This document shows positions 58,807 to 64,000 of a stretch of 64,000 nucleotides of DNA, in pieces. The notes under the pieces are model-generated. The model made no database searches. It saw only the letters and a list, made by a program, of their open reading frames with translations, and was not told the DNA's origin. The translations under genes and the position numbers were made by a program. The stretch is from Candidatus Dojkabacteria bacterium (GTDB lineage: Bacteria; Patescibacteriota; Dojkabacteria; B142; OLB20): positions 21,001 to 85,000 of the forward strand of contig JBHHUN010000003.1 of the NCBI GenBank assembly GCA_046753765.1. Direction: 5' to 3'. Within the stretch, counting starts at the first letter, position 1. Each line of letters starts with the position of its first letter.

Positions 58807-60090
58807 ATGGACGAGGGAATGCAGACTGCCCAGGAGGTAGTGCCACAAGTTGAAAACCCAGAAATGGAGAGAAGAAGCTCCAGGTTGCCGAAGATACTGA
58901 TACTGTTGTTATTATTGATTTTGTTAGGTTTTGCAGTCTTCTGGGTGGTCAGTAACGGGTCTTTGGGGATTCAGCTATCTGAACCCGGCGTGACACCGAC
59001 TGCCACTCCAAGCCAGGCTGTTAGCCCTACACCAACAGTTACAGAAGTTGGAGAGAGCATTTTCCTTGCCAATGCGGCAGGTGATAATACTATAAGAGCA
59101 TTCGCCTACGACTTCACTAACGACAACGTGTTGTTTTCGGAGACTGTAAACACAGTAGACTCATTGTGGGCGACGGCAGAACTGGGGTCGAATAAGGTGA
59201 TTCAGTATCTTCCATCAACAAATGAGCTTTATTATCTGACCTCCGGTTCAGATTTGGGTTGTGAAGTGGGCTGTACACCAGGTAATGCAGACGGAACAAC
59301 TGAAACCAGATTATACCGTCAGAACCTCGAGGTGGAGCAGGAGGAATTAATTAAGGGTTTTGGTGACATACCAGGTCAGGGTGGAGCAATAAAATTTGCA
59401 GTTAATCCTCAAACCGGGATAGTCTATGTTTTTACTATCTCCACAGAGCCGGACAACGAGTATAAGCTGTTTAGTATTGATTCAAAGTCACAAACTGAAA
59501 CCGAGCTTCTAAGTCAAACGTTTGTTGGAATAGAGGATTTTCCTCAGGTAAGTATGCTCTCTTTCGATAATAGTGGGGAAAACATATATGTAGCTATTGG
59601 AATTCAGGGTGACATCGTCCTTACCAGAGTCAACCTTGCCTCAAAAAAGACAGTAAGTTTTGATATACCAGAAAAAGAGTTTGCATCACCTGACTGGGGT
59701 ATCTCTCCTGATGGTAATCACTATGGTTACTACGCAGATACAGAACTGTTTGTTTATAAACTAAAGGAGAAAAAGCAGTCTAAAGTAACGATCAAAGGAA
59801 AACTGGAAAACGTTGGTTTGATCTGGATGGGAGACAACCAGCTCATAAATAACTTTAATGCAGTTTACGACCCGGTTTCAAAGAAGAACTTCAAGCTACA
59901 AGACACGTTTAGTTATATTGAAGCTCCAGGTTCGCAGAGTCGATTTGTTTACCTTTCAAACGGTGGTAAAGCACCATTGAAAATCTATGATTTCTCGGCG
60001 AAGTCTGACATTCTGGGGTTGCCCGACGCACTTCAGGATTTCAAAGACGACATTGGAACTTCCAATCCGTTTGGCCTGTCCTGGTTTTAG
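58807..60090 (+). CDS. Membrane-anchored extracytoplasmic protein, probable beta-propeller
   Basis: TM and PTPT linker; blade-like motifs FAVNPQTG, SFDNSGENIY and ISPDGNHY. Start moved to ATG 58807. Confidence 0.7.
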   Translation: MDEGMQTAQEVVPQVENPEMERRSSRLPKILILLLLLILLGFAVFWVVSNGSLGIQLSEPGVTPTATPSQAVSPTPTVTEVGESIFLANAAGDNTIRAFAYDFTNDNVLFSETVNTVDSLWATAELGSNKVIQYLPSTNELYYLTSGSDLGCEVGCTPGNADGTTETRLYRQNLEVEQEELIKGFGDIPGQGGAIKFAVNPQTGIVYVFTISTEPDNEYKLFSIDSKSQTETELLSQTFVGIEDFPQVSMLSFDNSGENIYVAIGIQGDIVLTRVNLASKKTVSFDIPEKEFASPDWGISPDGNHYGYYADTELFVYKLKEKKQSKVTIKGKLENVGLIWMGDNQLINNFNAVYDPVSKKNFKLQDTFSYIEAPGSQSRFVYLSNGGKAPLKIYDFSAKSDILGLPDALQDFKDDIGTSNPFGLSWF

Positions 60091-60473
60091 TAGCGGTGTC
60101 CCCTCCTTCTCTCAGACTCACGGACCTCCTGTTCGTTCATTCCAAAATGATGTGCAATCTCATGCCAAACAACGTTGGTTACAATCTGTTTCACCTGTTC
60201 GGGTGACTGACTGTAAGCCTCTATTGGCTTCTTGAAGATTGTTATTTTGTCCGGAAGAAACCCCGAATAGTTTGTCCCACGCTTTGTTTTCGGGACTCCC
60301 TCGTAAAGGCCAAACATACCCCATTTGGTGTAGTGCCTTCTCATCTTCTGCAGTTGGTATGGTGAGGGGAAATCGTCAATTACGATAGATACGTTTTCAA
60401 GCTCTTCTAGAAACTTGCCTGGTATCTGCGAAATGCCGTCATCGACTAGTTGTTCAAACTCTGACCGCTCCAT
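60087..60473 (-). CDS. Mini-zincin metallopeptidase (DUF1025-like)
   Basis: GLYEGVP, PDKITIF, VWHEIAHHFG. Confidence 0.92.
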   Translation of the reverse strand: MERSEFEQLVDDGISQIPGKFLEELENVSIVIDDFPSPYQLQKMRRHYTKWGMFGLYEGVPKTKRGTNYSGFLPDKITIFKKPIEAYSQSPEQVKQIVTNVVWHEIAHHFGMNEQEVRESERRRGHRY

Positions 60474-60501
60474 TACTACAAGTATAGCAGAAGCGTCAAT
60501 T

Positions 60502-61416
60502 TTATTTAGTTTGTCTTGCGTGTTTAGCTAGAGGCACCGCAGCTGCTGCCATTGATTCTCCCGTAAAACTCCCTGAAGGGTATACGATTATCATAGAAGA
60601 CTCCTCCTTGGAGATCTCAGAGAGGTTCTGAATCTCACGGAGTTTGAATCCGCCTTTCTGATTTTCAAGAATCTTACTGGCCTCGGCAACTTTTTCAGCC
60701 ACCTTCACCTCTGCTTCGGCCTGAATAGTTTTGGCTTGTGCAGCCCTTCTTGCTCTGGCGATAACAGCCAGCTCCTCTACGAGTTCTGGAGGGGTGTCAA
60801 TATCAGTAATTCTAACGGCTCTAACATTTATTCCGTAAGCTTCAGCCTGCTTGTCTATTTGGTCCTTAAGGTCAGTAGCAATGTCGTCTCTGTTACTGAG
60901 AAGTTCCTTAAGAGTTAAGCTTCCGATTGTGTTTTTTAATGCTTCTGTGGACATCCATATGACCGAACTCAGATAGTCTTTTACGTCGATAACCGCCTTT
61001 TGAGGGTCTTCAACTTCGAATTCAAGGGCGGCTGTTACTCTTGTTGGAACGTTATCCTGGGTAAGTGTAGCTGTTGCTTCAACCTGCTGGGTGATAATTC
61101 GCGTATCAACTATTGCTGCTACAGAGTATATGAATGGTGGAATTATAAAAAGGCCTGGCCCTCTGACACCAGCGAACTTACCAACTCTAAGCAAAACAAG
61201 TCTCTGCCATTCTGGGAGTACGTAGAACATTCTGGCGACTACAAGCGAGAGGAAGAAATCGAATCCAAGAAATCCTAAGAGAAGAAACTGAGAGAAGAAA
61301 CCGATTCCAAACAATCCATATAAAGGGATAATGAACACAACAGCAAGAACACTGAATGTAACTAGAAAAGAGAGTATTCTGAGGAATGTTTGAACGGAGT
61401 TGACGTTCGAAAGCAT
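60502..61416 (-). CDS. SPFH/band 7 (stomatin-like) membrane protein
   Basis: Two N-terminal TMs; GPGLFIIPP, TQDNV, ARRAAQAKTIQAEAE. Confidence 0.92.
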   Translation of the reverse strand: MLSNVNSVQTFLRILSFLVTFSVLAVVFIIPLYGLFGIGFFSQFLLLGFLGFDFFLSLVVARMFYVLPEWQRLVLLRVGKFAGVRGPGLFIIPPFIYSVAAIVDTRIITQQVEATATLTQDNVPTRVTAALEFEVEDPQKAVIDVKDYLSSVIWMSTEALKNTIGSLTLKELLSNRDDIATDLKDQIDKQAEAYGINVRAVRITDIDTPPELVEELAVIARARRAAQAKTIQAEAEVKVAEKVAEASKILENQKGGFKLREIQNLSEISKEESSMIIVYPSGSFTGESMAAAAVPLAKHARQTK

Positions 61417-61522
61417 AATGGGATTTATAATGGATAAATTATCTAGTTGATTATATTAGCTTTGGACTGGTTGGTAAAGGTGAAACGTTGCGCACGGACC
61501 TTATCTTACATACAATAGTCAC

Positions 61523-63382
61523 ATGATAGATATTGGCAAAAACAACCTCGATAGATCGACCTCTCCTTATTTGCAGCAGCATAAGGGTAACCCTGTTTTC
61601 TGGCAGGAATGGAACGATGAGATTTTGGGTGAGGCAAAGAAGATCAAGAAACCACTGTTCGTTTCGATAGGGTATTCAACCTGTCACTGGTGTCATGTAA
61701 TGGCAGCCGAGGCTTTTAGTGATAATGAGATCGCTGATTTTCTAAACGACAACTTCATTCCAATCAAAGTTGACAGGGAACAGCGTCCTGATATCGATAA
61801 GTTTGCAATGAATTTCCTGGTGGCTACTCAGGGTCAGGGTGGATGGCCGCTTAATATCTTTCTCTCGCCTGATCTAAAACCATTTTTTGCCGGTACGTAC
61901 TTTCCGGTTGAAGGGAAACATGGGCTGCCACCATTTATTGACATTCTGGAAAAAACTCTCAAATGGTATGAGGAGCATAAGGCAAAACTGGAACCATTTG
62001 AATTACCGATCAAAGCTTCCAGTGAGGGCGAAAAGCAGGGACCAAAGTACAACGAAAAAGGATTGGTTGACGTTATAAAACAGAACATCGATTATCAGCA
62101 CTTTGGATTTGGTTACAAGAACAAATTCCCGCCGTACAATACACTCCTCTTTCTAATGCACTACTATGCGATCTCCAAAGATGCAGATATTGTACGTCTG
62201 ATAACTAAAACTCTTGACGCGATGGCTATGCGTGGTTTGCATGATCATCTGCAGGGGGGATTTTTTAGATACACAGTTGACAGGGAATGGACGATCCCCC
62301 ACTTTGAAAAAATGCTTTACGATCAGGCGATGCTGCTTTGGACATATAGCATTGCTTATAAACTTTTCGAAAGAGAAGAGGATAAGATTGTTGCAGAAAA
62401 AATACTAAAAAACCTTGAGGAGACATTTGAAGATGATGGACTCTACTTTGCCGGGCATGATGCTGATACCGAACATGAGGAGGGGGCAACCTATCTTTGG
62501 ACCGTGGAAGAGATTAAAGAGATATTAAGTGAGAAGGAGTTTGAGGGATTCTCCAAGCTGTATGACATCGAGGATGGAGAGTTTGAAGGGAAAATGCATC
62601 TTGTCAAAACAAAAAATAAGCAGCTTGATGACATTGAATCAAAACTTCTAGTGGTCAGGAAGAAAAGAAAGCAGCCGTTTGTTGACAAAAAGAAGATAAC
62701 CGGCTGGAACAGCTTGCTTGGATGTGCACTCATCGCCTGCTCACGATATTGCGGCAACGAGAACGCTTTAGAGAAAGCAAAGATAATAGCAGAGAAACTA
62801 TTTGAAACAAACGTAAAAGATGAGACCGTTTTCAGAAGCTCAATTGACGGGGTCGTGCAAAAACAATCGTTTCTAGAGGATTATGCTGCTTTAGCTCTTC
62901 TTCTGACCTACTTGTACGAGGAGGAAGACATTTACAAGGAGGAGCTTCGTGAGATCGGAGAGAAGTTGCAGAAGTTCAATACTGATGGCAGATGGCACAT
63001 GAGTTTAAACAGCGAGCTCGGCAGGATTGTTGCCGAGGAGGACGATCACCCTCAGCCATCTGCTGTGTCTCTGGCAGTTCTTGCTGAGTTCAGATCAGAG
63101 ATTCTCCTCAGGGATGACAAGGGTGGAGAAGGGAGCAATAAAACTGAAGAAAGTTCTGATGTCACGGACTTCAAACCACCATTTGCAGGTGATTTTTACA
63201 ATATAGTTGTCCTGCTCGCCAGGGGAAACCTCAATGAGATCCATTCTCCAGGAAAGCTAAGCTGGCAGACACTTCCACTCACGTCAATACAGATAAGGTC
63301 CGATCGTTATCAACTGTGCCGTCATTTCCACTGTCAGGACTTTAAAACAGAGGAAGCTTTGTTGAAAGAGATACAGCTATAA
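61523..63382 (+). CDS. Thioredoxin-domain protein YyaL/SSP411 family
   Basis: SPYLQQH.NPV.W, SIGYSTCHWCHVM, KVDREQRPD, GGWP, PHFEKMLYDQA. Confidence 0.93.
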   Translation: MIDIGKNNLDRSTSPYLQQHKGNPVFWQEWNDEILGEAKKIKKPLFVSIGYSTCHWCHVMAAEAFSDNEIADFLNDNFIPIKVDREQRPDIDKFAMNFLVATQGQGGWPLNIFLSPDLKPFFAGTYFPVEGKHGLPPFIDILEKTLKWYEEHKAKLEPFELPIKASSEGEKQGPKYNEKGLVDVIKQNIDYQHFGFGYKNKFPPYNTLLFLMHYYAISKDADIVRLITKTLDAMAMRGLHDHLQGGFFRYTVDREWTIPHFEKMLYDQAMLLWTYSIAYKLFEREEDKIVAEKILKNLEETFEDDGLYFAGHDADTEHEEGATYLWTVEEIKEILSEKEFEGFSKLYDIEDGEFEGKMHLVKTKNKQLDDIESKLLVVRKKRKQPFVDKKKITGWNSLLGCALIACSRYCGNENALEKAKIIAEKLFETNVKDETVFRSSIDGVVQKQSFLEDYAALALLLTYLYEEEDIYKEELREIGEKLQKFNTDGRWHMSLNSELGRIVAEEDDHPQPSAVSLAVLAEFRSEILLRDDKGGEGSNKTEESSDVTDFKPPFAGDFYNIVVLLARGNLNEIHSPGKLSWQTLPLTSIQIRSDRYQLCRHFHCQDFKTEEALLKEIQL

Positions 63383-63384
63383 AA

Positions 63385-64000
63385 ATGTTCAATCGGAAAC
63401 ATGATAGAGTTATTGATTCTCTTCTGAGGCAGGCAGATAGATATGCTCTAGCCAGAGGTTTCAAAGATAATGAGATCAAACAACGGATGATTGATCTCGA
63501 GCACCAGAACGAGGAAAACAAGCAACATCCAATAAGGGTTGAAGTAGATGTTGAGGGGATTGGTGAAGTTGCTGTTTACATTTCGATATTGGGTGGTAAA
63601 ACTGCGGGTAGCAAAACATACATTACGCTGGGGGGCGGACTCTCACATGCAGGTAGCATGAAAACACTTGCCTTCCCTATCGCTGCCTTAACTGGTAGCA
63701 GAGTGATTATGTTGGCGAATGTGTTTAACGGTGAGAGCAAGATCAAATCAAAAGATTTGCGAAACAGATTTTACAGTTACGACAAAAAGCATGGTGGATA
63801 CACCTCTGATGGTTTATTTTATGCACAGGTTCTCGAGAAGCTTCACCGGCAACAGTTACTTGGCGATCAGATCGAATTAGTGGGTCAATCAGCGGGTGCT
63901 GCTGGTTTGCTGCGGACAGCTGCCTATCTTAAGAGTCAAAACAGTGAGATTTTTCATCGGATAAAGAGGGTGACACTGATTTCACCGGCAGGTGTTTTTC
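63385..64000 (+). CDS. Alpha/beta hydrolase fold protein (runs off window end)
   Basis: Open frame from ATG 63385; nucleophile elbow LVGQSAG followed by VTLISPAG. Confidence 0.7.
   Translation, partial: MFNRKHDRVIDSLLRQADRYALARGFKDNEIKQRMIDLEHQNEENKQHPIRVEVDVEGIGEVAVYISILGGKTAGSKTYITLGGGLSHAGSMKTLAFPIAALTGSRVIMLANVFNGESKIKSKDLRNRFYSYDKKHGGYTSDGLFYAQVLEKLHRQQLLGDQIELVGQSAGAAGLLRTAAYLKSQNSEIFHRIKRVTLISPAGVF

Noticed and set aside
61481-61510. Second ECF promoter (TGAAAC) upstream of the YyaL gene
   Set aside because: No CGT(A) at 16-17 nt spacing; a TACAAT -10 explains the start better.
1-64000. Alternative genetic code (TGA=Gly, code 25)
   Set aside because: Conserved genes end at TGA at the expected positions (e.g. 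obgE), and long ORFs are intact under code 11.
1-64000. tRNA, rRNA, IS elements, integrase, known defence systems
   Set aside because: No cloverleaf/T-loop signature in the intergenic gaps, and no transposase, recombinase or recognisable defence-nuclease motifs among the ORFs (by eye; not a computed scan).

Overview
Gene-dense bacterial chromosomal window in standard genetic code 11. I found no rRNA, tRNA, CRISPR array, transposase or phage hallmark. The gene content looks like Patescibacteria/CPR, possibly a Microgenomates- or Dojkabacteria-like lineage (inference, not a database result). Recognisable genes: folC (partial), dedA, pyrG, obgE, pduO, ADP-forming acetate-CoA ligase, 2-oxoacid:ferredoxin oxidoreductase alpha/beta, a P-type ATPase, FKBP, Smr, tyrA, two HAD hydrolases, an M29 aminopeptidase, three ABC systems, VIT1, two TlpA+CcdA pairs, an ECF sigma/anti-sigma pair with a sigmaW-type autoregulatory promoter, a mini-zincin, SPFH and YyaL. 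There are also many Ig/FN3/FecR/CAP surface proteins. The best candidate for an undescribed system is a 12.8-kb six-gene minus-strand cluster (11764-24522): a 1725-aa HEXXH protein with C-terminal membrane segments, a small helical protein, a VirB6/TrbL-like membrane protein, two cytoplasmic helical proteins, and a 1078-aa protein joining a J-domain (HPD), a very basic region and long Gly-zipper hydrophobic tracts. Other notable items: a 1.2-kb ORF-poor gap, an LPxTD sorting-like signal, -10 boxes sitting almost at start codons, and three apparently lesioned genes (frameshift, in-frame TAA, in-frame deletion in a CAP domain).
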